From Mycobacterium leprae TN (GTDB lineage: Bacteria > Actinomycetota > Actinomycetes > Mycobacteriales > Mycobacteriaceae): a stretch of 32,000 nucleotides of DNA. Location of the stretch: NCBI RefSeq assembly GCF_000195855.1, contig NC_002677.1:2340001-2372000 (forward strand), given 5' to 3'. The translations under genes were made by a program, and so were the position numbers. Shown here one piece after another: positions 13,500 through 22,399 of this stretch. The number at the start of each line of letters is the position of its first letter. Position 1 is the stretch's first letter. The notes beneath the pieces are model-generated. The model was not told the DNA's origin, searched no databases, and was given only the letters and a program-made list of their open reading frames with translations.

Positions 13500-14159
13500 C
13501 TACAGGAGTTCTAGTGTTGTGTGTTGGTGATTGTTTTAACGTTTGATTTTGTTGAGGGGGTGTCTGCGGTCTGGGTTCAGGTGAACGGTGTGGTGTGTTC
13601 GTTGTAGGTGGGGATCGCGGTTTCGAGGTTGTTGATATCGGTGAACGTGTTGTGGCGGGTGATGGTGGTGAAGAAGATTTTGGTTATGTGTCAGCTATGA
13701 GCAGCTTGTCGGTGTGAAGTGCAGTGTGGCTTGCTGGTTATCCTGTAGCCAGGATCGGCTGCTGGGGGTTTGTGGGTTGGCGTAGTTGTCGCAGATTGGG
13801 GCATGCCTGTATGTGTGGGTGTGTTTTGGTGGCGAGTTTGAAGGTAGTGGCAGAATCGGTTTGGGTGTGATCCAGCTGCTTGGGTCTGGGGCTTCATTGT
13901 CGACGCTAGAGCATAATCGCGGCCGCGGGTTGAGTAGGCCTGGGGCGCGGTGTGGGTGTATTACTTTCGGTCCGTTTCCCAGACTGGTCGCCGATCCTGG
14001 TGTGCGCGTCTTTGCGCACCGGGCTTTTCATGGTCACTACCGTTAGGCGGTGGGAATACTGGTCCAAGGGTTGGGTATTGTGGTGATTTGGTAGCGGTAC
14101 CGGGTGACCGGTATCGAGGTCGGGTTCAATAGGGTGGTCTCTTCTGCGTCAATCGGTTT

Positions 14160-15260
14160 TCACCGTTTTTCGGAGGTGGTGAACTGCCGGCGAATGTCTT
14201 TCCATCTCCGGCGATACAGTGCTCGAAACCACCGATGGTTGATCTGTGCCAGCACGGCCCCCGGATTGCGCTGTGATTTCCTGTTTGCCAGGGCACGGAT
14301 CTTGGCTTTGACCGACCGTCGTGCCCGGTCGGCGATACAAGTCCTAGACATGCCCACGTGGTCGTTGCCTTCTTGGGTGTCCACCCGGTGTGGAAGCCGC
14401 GAAAGTCCATACCAGTTACCGAAGTGCGCGGTCTTTGTCTTTGCAGTCGACAGCTGCAGACCTAGAGGCGTAAGCATCGAGTTTATTTCGTTTTGCAGGC
14501 CTCTGGCGTGTCTGGTCGCCATGTGCTGAGTACAACGCAGTCGTCCGCTACGCGGGACGACTGCGTTGTACTCAGCAGGCCTGTGACGCGGCGCCGACTA
14601 GGCAGGTAAGCAGTGGACATCGAGCCGCACGGTTTCCATGGCTGCATCCGATACTCATCGAGCCCAGGCAAGGCGATGTTGGTCAGCACCGGCGACAAGA
14701 TATTGCCCTGAGACGTTCCGGTGTGAGTGTTCTGGTGCTCACCAGACTCGGTGAGCACACCGGCCTTAGAAAACGCCTTCACCAGGACCAAGTACGCGTT
14801 TATCCTTGACTGGCAATAGCATCCGCTCCAACAGAGCAGAATGTGAGATAGAGTCACAGCGCACCTCAATGTCTGCATACAGCACCCACCGATAGCTTGT
14901 AGTGCTGTATTGGTGAATTTCGGCGATCGTGTCCCTGAGATCGCCGCTTGGGGGCGGAATCCAGGGGAGATCGGCTCGAAAGCGGCCTCGACGACAGGCT
15001 CCAACACCAGCTTCAACGCAGCCTGAACGACTCGATCCGCAGATTGTCCAACAACCCGCTACCTCGACGATTTCCTCAACATGGGCTCCGGTCCGGGCGT
15101 CCACACCAGCAGTATTCGCCCCATAGTTGCCCGTGACCCAGTCAAACGCCACCAACAATGTTCGCCGGGTCACACACGAGATTGAACAGGTCATCAAACC
15201 TGCGGCCACGATCGACCGACGATGACCCCAACCCGATAAATCGTGTTGGCCACACAACAC
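14160..15260 (-). pseudogene. group-II-intron-type reverse transcriptase/maturase pseudogene
   Basis: RT motifs are spread over at least 3 reading frames with at least 4 frame switches. They are NTAGVDARTGAHVEEI (cf. GAPGVDG.T), KLVLEPVVEAAFEPISPGFRP, YRWVLYADIEVRCDSISHSALLERM, VKAFSKAGVLTESGEHQNTHTGTSQGNILSPVLTNIAL, RVADDCVVL (YADD box with Y to V) and LSTAKTKTAHF. The maturase-like tail is SVKAKIRALANRKSQ...VLAQINHRW. These resemble mycobacterial Rv0071-type RT/maturases as recalled. Confidence 0.8.
14524..14577. repeat. perfect 23-bp inverted repeat with 8-nt spacer (hairpin/cruciform) inside the RT pseudogene
   Basis: TGCTGAGTACAACGCAGTCGTCC (14524-14546), spacer GCTACGCG, then GGACGACTGCGTTGTACTCAGCA (14555-14577). 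I verified base by base that the arms are exact reverse complements. Confidence 0.95.
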
Positions 15261-16049
15261 CCAAGCAGGACCTAGGACGATTCCTCCCCTTCCCGACGCC
15301 ACCCAAGGCCAAGGTGCCCCCGCTTCACCGTTCCTGCTGCGACAGGCCCGGCGGCGAAGATCTCTCACCTTCACTGCCATGCCAATCATCAGCACTTCGT
15401 GACGCACGTGGATCCAGGTCGAGCCCGACCACATCACGCCGTTTGGTCTCCCACGTCGGGGTCGGTAACGAACTTGAAGGTCTTCACGCGATGCGACTGG
15501 ATGCCCCCACTTATGCCAGATCCGCGCGGCCAAGGAAAACGAAATCCCCCACAGCCATCAACTGCTCCGGTGACGGGCCGCTCCGACGCTGAACGGCCGA
15601 TTCGCATAACATCGCCGACCAACGTCTCTACGAGCACCATGACCTCATCGATCACCGAAGCACGTCCCGTCCCCGGCGTACCCGAACCGCGATATCAGTA
15701 TCTAGCCACTCCATCGGACACCAACCACACAATCCACGCCCGTGTCACCTGCCCCACCAGCACCCACAACACCCTCGTCAACCACCCCAGCCGACCCCGG
15801 TCGCCATCGCGCAACTCCAAGACAGCAACCACATACACCGCCCACTTACCTCAACCAACCACACCTAAACGCCTCAAAACCACCCACCACTAGAGCGCCT
15901 GAATTGCCTACCGCGTGCGAGAAATGGTTTGAGGTGAAGAAAGTAACGAAAGATCGACGCGACTGACTATGCCCGAACCTGTCGGGCGTGGCTTGCATGT
16001 TTGCACACCCACGAATCACCGGCGGACCGCGATTTCCTCGACCATGAGC

Positions 16050-16918
16050 GATCCACGTACGGTGGGCTATCCCGTCTCAACAGGTGGAGGGCAACCGCAC
16101 TCCATGCCCTGCTACCAGGATGACGCGGATCCAGTTGAGGAAGCCAAGCAGGTGCATGAACGTTAGTAATCGATGGAACCTGTGAGCAGCTGTAACATAG
16201 TGATTCCGCCTCTACGACGTGCCAGCCGAAATCTTCGAAAGATAATAATTCGTTTTCGGGTGCGAACTTGAACGGCGCATTCTGCAACATGCCAGCCATC
16301 TTCTTATTCATCATTTTTTGAGGCCTGGGCCGGCTAAATCGAGCACCCACCAGGTGACTTCGGATCGTGTAATCACCTCAGATAAAAGGATGACGTCACG
16401 GTCATCGAGGTACATAACCAGACCCTCGGTGATCATCACCAACACTTTCGTAGCGCCGCCCAGTGCTTCGTTGAAGAACGCTTCGCGGGAGTGCGAGTCG
16501 GTCAGGTCAACCACATTGGCATCGCGGTTCCTGCTCGGCAAGCAAGTGGTTCTTCTCCGTAAGCAACTTCGGTAGATCGTCCTCCAACCATGTTAAGCCA
16601 GCCTAAAGATTCAAAAGATACGGCCGGGTAGCCAAACCAGCGGACAGGTTAAGCACTCAGTCACAGCAGCCGGCAATCACTTCGACAATGGCGTCGTCGA
16701 TGATCTTGGTACATGCGACGAGCCACCAAACCGCTGAGACTCATCCGTGGCACTCGGGCGACGATGGCACGTCTCTGTTCGCCGGCAAGACGTGTGGCGA
16801 GCGGATCACTGAACAACCCATCCTGACGTGCCGACTCGGTTGCCCGATACAACGCCGTCCAGCGAGTTGTATCGGAAACGTGGGTAGTGTGCCCGGTGTA
16901 TAATGTATTTTGCGTCAT
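16050..16918 (-). pseudogene. SAM-dependent O-methyltransferase pseudogene (LCMT/TcmP-like family)
   Basis: The N-terminus MTQNTLYTGHTTHVSDTTRWTALYRATESARQDGLFSDPLATRLAGEQ is followed, after frameshifts, by TKIIDDAIVEVIAGCCD.VLNLSAGLATRPY, VVDLTDSHSREAFFNEALGGATKVLVMITEGLVMYLDDRDV and KMAGMLQNAPFKFAPENELLSFEDFGWHVVEAESL. This is the typical layout of that methyltransferase family. At least 3 frameshifts or stops are present. Confidence 0.65.
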
Positions 16919-17486
16919 AGCATTGCTGCCTGCATTATGCGCGCACGTACACAGGCTCGTCGATAGTAGCTTTGATCCGGTAGCGGCTGGTAACGAAGGA
17001 GAATCCGGGTATGAATCTGAGTCTGTATCCAATCAAGGAACCCACAGATCGGGATCCTGCCCAGCGAACCGGTCCAGCCCGAGAACGACGATCTGTGCGC
17101 AGCGGATATCGGACAGTTACGAATCACTAAATTCACCAGAATGATAATTCAAAAAATTTGAAGCTCAAGACTCCGGACATACGTGCCACTAAAATAGTGA
17201 CATGCATCCTCAGACGGAATAGAGAAGAATCACTAAGCTAAGCGCGATAGATCTGCCCGGTAACCTTATGCAGTAAGGGTATTAAGCAGGCTGGGTGGAA
17301 TGGCTACGACATTTTAATTTAATAACGTCTAATGACTCCTGAAGCTAAGAAGACGACTAAACGGTTCGGAGGTGCGTGTCCAGTGGCACACCCGTGGTCA
17401 TACAAATGATTCGGTCCCACCGCTAGAGTGCCTATTACGGGTGGAATGGTGATCGTCGGTTGCAGTGGAAGCCTTGAACTGCTACG

Positions 17487-18418
17487 TTGCGACGGTCAAT
17501 TGCTTGTGAGGCACCATCAAGACGTTCGCGCTGTCACGTTTCAATGCTGTACGTCCTGGGCAACCATCATCCTTTCCTTATGCCTGGTATGAATCGTCTC
17601 GGCATGATGTTGACGACAGGGATCAGGCATCCTAGGCAGCATGCGATCCCTGTCTCAGCGGCCTGGGCTCACCCATCTCGACAGGAGACGTGGGCAGGTC
17701 AACTCCCTCCGCCAGCCGCACAGTCCGATCAAACCAGGATTTACCTTCGCCCAACCCGTGGAAGTAGACCGTTGCGCGAGCCCGCGCGCAAATTAAGAAC
17801 CCGACATATTGGAAAAGACCGGAGAACGTCGTGCGGTCCTGTGATGATAGCCTAAATATGTTCCCCTACGCGGTAAGTCCAACCTTGTACTCTGTGCAGC
17901 GAAAGAAGACCCCGAGTAATACAGCAACAAGATTCAAAGTCACTGGCGGGGCGGCGTCGGCCACATCTAGAAAGCCCAGATCAAACTTGATACCTGACTG
18001 CCGATAGTTGGTCCACCTTCTGGCTGAGCAATCAGGATCAGGGCGAAGTCGACATACTTGAGCAACAGCAACCGGCCCTCCGCCACTATCGTCCCCGCAA
18101 AAGCAAACGGCAATGCGTGAAAGACCCGCAACATAACAGCGGACAGCTGCTGGCATACGTGGCGATGTCATGTTGGATGAGGTCGGTGTCCGTTTCTGGA
18201 AAGACCATGTTGACGGCGCACAACCATACTTTGATGTACCGACAAGCTCTCTACTAAATGGCCGCTTAACACCCCCCGGCTACACCGTTTTCCCGGTGCT
18301 GAATCTTGCGGTTGCCGGTTTCGGGTGGCGGCGATACTGGACCGGGAGCCTATCCCACGGACATGCTCTATACGTATCTAACGTATTTGTTAAAGACGCA
18401 GCCCACGAAACCAGCTAA
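17487..18418 (+). pseudogene. GH16 beta-1,3-glucanase pseudogene (Rv0315 orthologue)
   Basis: Fragments in three + frames match M. tuberculosis Rv0315 as recalled. They are QVNSLRQPHSPIKPGFTFAQP (cf. QVSNHRTPIKNPVGFDRPQ), GKSNLVLCAAKEDPE (cf. GNSNLVLRATREGN), WRGGVGHI.KAQIKLD (cf. WRGGIGTTWEARIKF), FWLSNQDQGEVDILE (cf. WWLSNDDPGRSGEIDLIE), and an exact PGYTVFPVLNLAV followed by LYVSNVFV (cf. MLVDWVRVF). Multiple stops and frameshifts are present, and the 5' limit is approximate. Confidence 0.8.
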
Positions 18419-18682
18419 CCACATACGTTATGGTTCTGTCACCTTGACCCGGTGTTTCTAAGCGCTGACGTCAGTTGCATTGAGATTGTGGACATCAATT
18501 GTTCCGAGCTGCGCAACGATCGACGCATACCACCACAGTTAGCACTCTTCTGCACGAACGCCGCCAATAAGGCAGAATCGGCTGTGACGAGTCATGGTCA
18601 ACTACCGATTATGGCAAACCGTCGCTGGGCTCCGCATACTAGAAGACAGAGTGGTCGCGCTACCTCAACTTGCTCGTCACTC

Positions 18683-20170
18683 ATGAGATTCTCAGCAAGT
18701 GAATCTAGAGCACATTCAAGGTTTGAGTGCTACACCCTTGTGAGATGGTCGATCCGCGGACAAGGAGGACGTGCGATTAGCAAGCTTGGTTTCTGGAGTG
18801 TTGTTATGCTTGGTATCAACTCGATAATCGGAGCGGGTATCTTCATGACTCCCGGTGAAGTGATCAAGATTGCTGGACCGTTCGCCCCGATCGCATATAC
18901 TCTTGCAGGAATTTTCGCAGCCGTACTGGCAATCGTCTTTGCGACAGCGGCCAAGTATGTCAAGACGAACGGTTCCTCCTATGCCTACACTACAGCTGCA
19001 TTTGGGCACCGAATCGGTATCTATGTCGGTGTCACCCATGCAATTACCGCCTCTATCGCATGGGGGGTTCTGGCTTCCTCGTTTGTCTCAACACTGTTGA
19101 GAGTGGCTTTCCCCGAAAAGATTTGGGCCGATAACGACGAACTTATCAGCGTGAAGACACTCACGTTCCTCGTCTTTATCGCAGTTTTATTAGCAATAAA
19201 CATATTTGGAAACCTCGTGATCCGGTGGGCCAACGGAATCTCAGCGCTGGGAAAGATTTTCGCGCTATCAGTCTTCATCGCCGGAGGATTGTGGACAATC
19301 ATAACACAGCACGTGAACAACTACGTGACGTCCCGATCAGCGTACCAACCCACAACGTACTCGTTGCTCGGTGTCACCGAGATCGGTAAGAGCACCGCAG
19401 CGAGTATGACACTCGCAACGATCGTCGCGTTGTACGCATTCACTGGTTTCGAATCTATCGCTAACGCCGCAGAAGAGATGAACACACCGGACCGCACCCT
19501 TCCCAAAGCCATACCACTGACAATCCTCACTGTCGGCGTCATCTATATACTCGCCTTAGTCGTCGCAATGCTGCTGGGATCGGACAAAATTGTCGCTACT
19601 AACCACACCGTGAAATTGGCCGCGGCCGTCGGAAACAATACTTTCCGCACCATCATCGTTGTTGGAGCTTTAGTATCTATGTTTGGCATCAACGTAGCGG
19701 CATCGTTCGGTGCTCCCCGGCTCTGGACCGCGTTGTCGGACGGTAGAATTCTGCCAACAAGGCTGTCGAGCAAGAATCGATTCGGCGTTCCCATAGTTGC
19801 CTTTGGAATCACGGCGTTTCTAACGCTCGCCTTCCCACTGTCGCTTCGATTCGACAGCCTGAACCTCACCGGTCTGGCAGTGATCGCTCGATTCATCCAA
19901 TTCATAATCGTACCGATCGCGCTCTTCGCGTTGGCACGTTCCCGGACAACGAATTCTGTATATGTGAAGCGAAATGTGTTTACTGACAAGGTGTTGCCGA
20001 TCACTGCAGTTGTGGTCTCGGCCGGGCTGATGGTATCGTTTGACTACCGGTCCATTTTTCTCACGCGCGGAGGCCCTAATTACTTTTCGATTTCTTTGAT
20101 TGCGATTACGTTTATCGGCATACCGGCAGTCGCCTACCTTCACTATTACAGAACCAGTGGAATTAAGTGA
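18683..20170 (+). CDS. APC-superfamily amino-acid/polyamine permease (apparently intact; start uncertain)
   Basis: The frame is uninterrupted, with about 12 hydrophobic segments and the APC signature LGINSIIGAGIFMTPGEV...AKYVKTNGSSYAYTTAAFG...FTGFESIANAAEEM. The ORF-track start (18452) is implausibly far upstream. In-frame candidates are ATG 18683, GTG 18740 and ATG 18806; the last would clip TM1. A strong SD AAGGAGGA at 18762-18769 is followed in frame only by ATT at 18776. Confidence 0.8.
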   Translation: MRFSASESRAHSRFECYTLVRWSIRGQGGRAISKLGFWSVVMLGINSIIGAGIFMTPGEVIKIAGPFAPIAYTLAGIFAAVLAIVFATAAKYVKTNGSSYAYTTAAFGHRIGIYVGVTHAITASIAWGVLASSFVSTLLRVAFPEKIWADNDELISVKTLTFLVFIAVLLAINIFGNLVIRWANGISALGKIFALSVFIAGGLWTIITQHVNNYVTSRSAYQPTTYSLLGVTEIGKSTAASMTLATIVALYAFTGFESIANAAEEMNTPDRTLPKAIPLTILTVGVIYILALVVAMLLGSDKIVATNHTVKLAAAVGNNTFRTIIVVGALVSMFGINVAASFGAPRLWTALSDGRILPTRLSSKNRFGVPIVAFGITAFLTLAFPLSLRFDSLNLTGLAVIARFIQFIIVPIALFALARSRTTNSVYVKRNVFTDKVLPITAVVVSAGLMVSFDYRSIFLTRGGPNYFSISLIAITFIGIPAVAYLHYYRTSGIK

Positions 20171-20689
20171 CCCAACGTCAGTCGAGCATCGCCGAGTAGG
20201 ATTTTGCCTATAACTTAATGACTATTAAAATGTAATCTACATAGATATTAAATAATGTGTGGCTCAATTTTTGAGCTAATAGTCGTGATTCAGGAAAGTT
20301 AAGCATTGAATATCTTCTGGCACTGGAAGAGTATAGCGAGACGGCATTGTCCTTGACCATTTCGGCCGCGCCCCGAGACAACAGCAAGATCACCACCCTC
20401 ATCGCTCGGACTAAACTCACGACCCTAGGAGGATTTCGAGCAGCTAACGACAGCGATCAACATGTTGTTCGACGATAAGATACCTTGACAAGTTGATTGT
20501 CAAGACGTCCGTGGATGGAGGACAGCTGCGCGGTGAGTTCCAGCGGACCCTGACCCGCTGGTCCTTGTCAGTCACTGTGACGGCAGCCTTTATGGTGCGG
20601 TGATTGGTATCATTGCGACGGTCGCGGCCATTTGGTGTGACGGTTGCCAAAGGACCTCAGACACACTGCGCAGGTGTATATTCCGAATA

Positions 20690-21475
20690 GACTTTCACGG
20701 CAGGACACCCCTTCATCACCGGAGCAACTGAAAGCTTTGGGCAGGCGATCACGAAAGACTAGCATTACTCGAAGATAAACTCGTCTTCAGCTTGTGTAAG
20801 GCCGAGGACTTGGATCAACTCGCAGGCTCGCTCTCGGATGTGGCCCACGAGGAGGTAGTTTGTGACTTAATCTCGGAAGGCGCGGTGTTTGAGTTGCTCG
20901 AGCAGGTTGGTGATATTGATGTGTTGGTCCCCAATGCCGGTTTTCCTAAGTCGGGCCTCCTGGAGGGTTCCAAGCACGACGAGATCAACCGCACGTTTCG
21001 TGTCAATCTTGAAGCATCGGTTCGCATGACACGTGATCTGTTGCTCGGCTGACAGGGGCTCGATAGTGGGTACCTTGTGTTCATTTTGTTGATCTCGGTG
21101 GTAACCGTTATGCTACGGGCATCCGGATAGGCTGCGACGAAGTTCAGGCTACGGTGATTCGCTCTCAATTTGCGAGAATACTTGTGGGGCGGCGTGGTCG
21201 GCGTTTCGGTTATTTCTCCTAGCGCGATTTCGAGGTCGGGATGTTCGCGGATAGCGTCTCCTCGCCCCGCCCGAGCATAGGCATACCCAAGCGGAGGGCC
21301 AACACTGTCTTACGGGCGATCGAGCGCAGCAAGCCGGCTCCCCGATAGACTCTATATATCAACCTGCTCGCTATGCTCGCGTCCGAGATTTCCGGTCGAA
21401 TCGCTGGCTTCGTTGTTGCTAAAGGCGCCAAGGCGATTCTAAGGCGCTCGTGTCTGGCGATACTGTTCTTGTGAT
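20690..21475 (+). pseudogene. short-chain dehydrogenase/reductase (SDR) pseudogene
   Basis: LITGATESFGQAI (cofactor-binding TGxxxGxG region, interrupted by a stop) is followed by IDVLVPNAGFPKSGLLEGSKHDEINRTFRVNLEASVRMTRDLL. After stops come LVFI..., AATKFRLR.FALNLREYLWGGVVGVSVISP (cf. Y.ATKFGLRGFA..LR.EL...GVGVSV..PG). Frameshifts and stops run throughout. Confidence 0.65.
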
Positions 21476-21589
21476 CGAAACGATTGAAGTAACAGTTTTG
21501 CCTTCTAAACAGATTCAAGTGATGCCTGCATCGTTCTTGAGGTATAATTGATTTCGGCATTATCATCCATCGTCTCCACGACAGAGAAC

Positions 21590-22395
21590 AGCTCGTCTCG
21601 CCGCACCACTTACAAACGGTCCGCGGGGTGGATTGGCACCCGTTGCCACGGCTGAATCACGAGTGCGTGTCAATTGCTCTTTCTTCTTCGCTGTTGCGTC
21701 AATAGAGCGACGAAATACTATATACGCGACAAAACCCTCGTTGCGCCAGATAGGATGCGTGTCAGCAACGGGTGAATCCACATCCGTCTTGTAGATTCCC
21801 CACCCCGCGACATAGCTTGGTGCGGTAGATTGCCGTCCTAACTATGGGTTCGGCTGTGCTAAGAACCTGGCTAGGTTGTTTGTGGTTACACTGATCGGAC
21901 TGTCGGCAATCGTTGCCGCGGCTAAGAAGCGGTTCTTCGACTAAACCATCCTCAATAGATGGAACACATCGGTTGGGTCGCGCTGGAGAGATATATCGGA
22001 TTTTATTGGCAACAAATGAGTGAACTGCACTGCATTGGGGGGTCGAGCGTCGCATCGGCTCAGCCGCGTTGATTGCCGGCGGTCGGCATACCCGCACCGA
22101 AGTGTTCACTTCCCTGATGGTGCTGTTCTCCACTAGCGTTGTCGTGCTTGAGTTTCCACTGGCCGATCCCATAATCGGCATTGTTATCATCGTAGCCATC
22201 CTGACCGTGCTGAGCACCGCAGCACGTGACGTGTGCTGTCGGTTGGTCGACGAAATGAACCCGGCCAATGGTCGACGCCGCCGAGTAAGCGTTGGCGGCC
22301 TAACCCGGGGTGCAGGCGGTGCGCAGCGTGCGGATGCGTTGAATCGGTCACCTCCGGCACACTGATGTGAAAATTCATATCGATCTCACCTTACA
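21590..22395 (+). pseudogene. cation diffusion facilitator (CDF) efflux pseudogene (Rv2025c orthologue), 3'-truncated
   Basis: Matches include NYGFGCAKNLARLFVVTLIGLSAIVAA (cf. YTYGFGRVEDLAGSFVVAMITMSAIIAG) and RRIGSAALIAGGRHTRTEVFTSLMV...FPLADPIIGIVIIVAILTVLSTAARDV. There is an almost exact PGVQAVRSVRMR.IGH (cf. PGVQAVRSVRMRWIGH of Rv2025c as recalled). In-frame stops and frameshifts are present, and the last roughly 60 codons are absent. Confidence 0.8.
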
Positions 22396-22399
22396 TTTC

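Larger units (their letters stand above)
13508..15896 (-). mobile_element. 2.39-kb dispersed-repeat-like retroelement remnant carrying an RT/maturase pseudogene (possibly the family named LEPREP; name unverified)
   Basis: The termini are GTTCTAGTGTTGTGTGTTGGTG... (left) and ...CAAAACCACCCACCACTAGAGC (right), forming imperfect inverted repeats of about 45-50 nt. Both contain CTAGTG.TG.GTG and GTTGAGG at matching offsets. On the + strand there is a GT-rich arm (13508-14100) and a CA-rich arm (15600-15896) flanking a minus-strand RT pseudogene. The size is close to what I recall for the LEPREP repeat family (about 2.4 kb). Strand is that of the RT. Confidence 0.6.

Noticed and set aside
13508-13916. 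A second CTAGAGC at 13910-13916 suggested that the left 0.4 kb might be a separate small CTAG-bounded MITE nested against the RT element.
   Set aside because: Apart from the heptamer, the inner end shows no inverted-repeat match to the outer end. The 0.4-kb block instead aligns, diverged, with the 3' half of RLEP and is more simply the element's own 3' arm.
14095-14116. A 9-bp stem with a GUGA (GNRA) tetraloop, CGGTACCGG-GTGA-CCGGTATCG, was considered as a group II intron domain V candidate near the RT.
   Set aside because: The good structure (with a G-U pair and GNRA loop) forms on the + strand, antisense to the RT. On the RT-sense strand the loop is UCAC and a C-A mismatch appears. There is no AGC triad or 2-nt bulge geometry. 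A covariance-model search is still needed.
13508-15896. The RT was considered as part of a defence system (retron, DRT/UG, AbiK/Abi-P2 or DGR).
   Set aside because: The RT has a maturase-like C-terminal domain and group-II-type motifs. It is multiply frameshifted, has no adjacent effector or accessory ORF or msr/msd-like structure that I can see, and sits inside a repeat-like element with inverted termini.
20484-20504. The inverted repeat CTTGACA-AGTTGAT-TGTCAAG lies upstream of the SDR pseudogene and was considered as a possible TetR-type operator.
   Set aside because: The arms are only 7 bp, there is no adjacent regulator gene, and the downstream gene is dead. It is indistinguishable from chance without a motif model.
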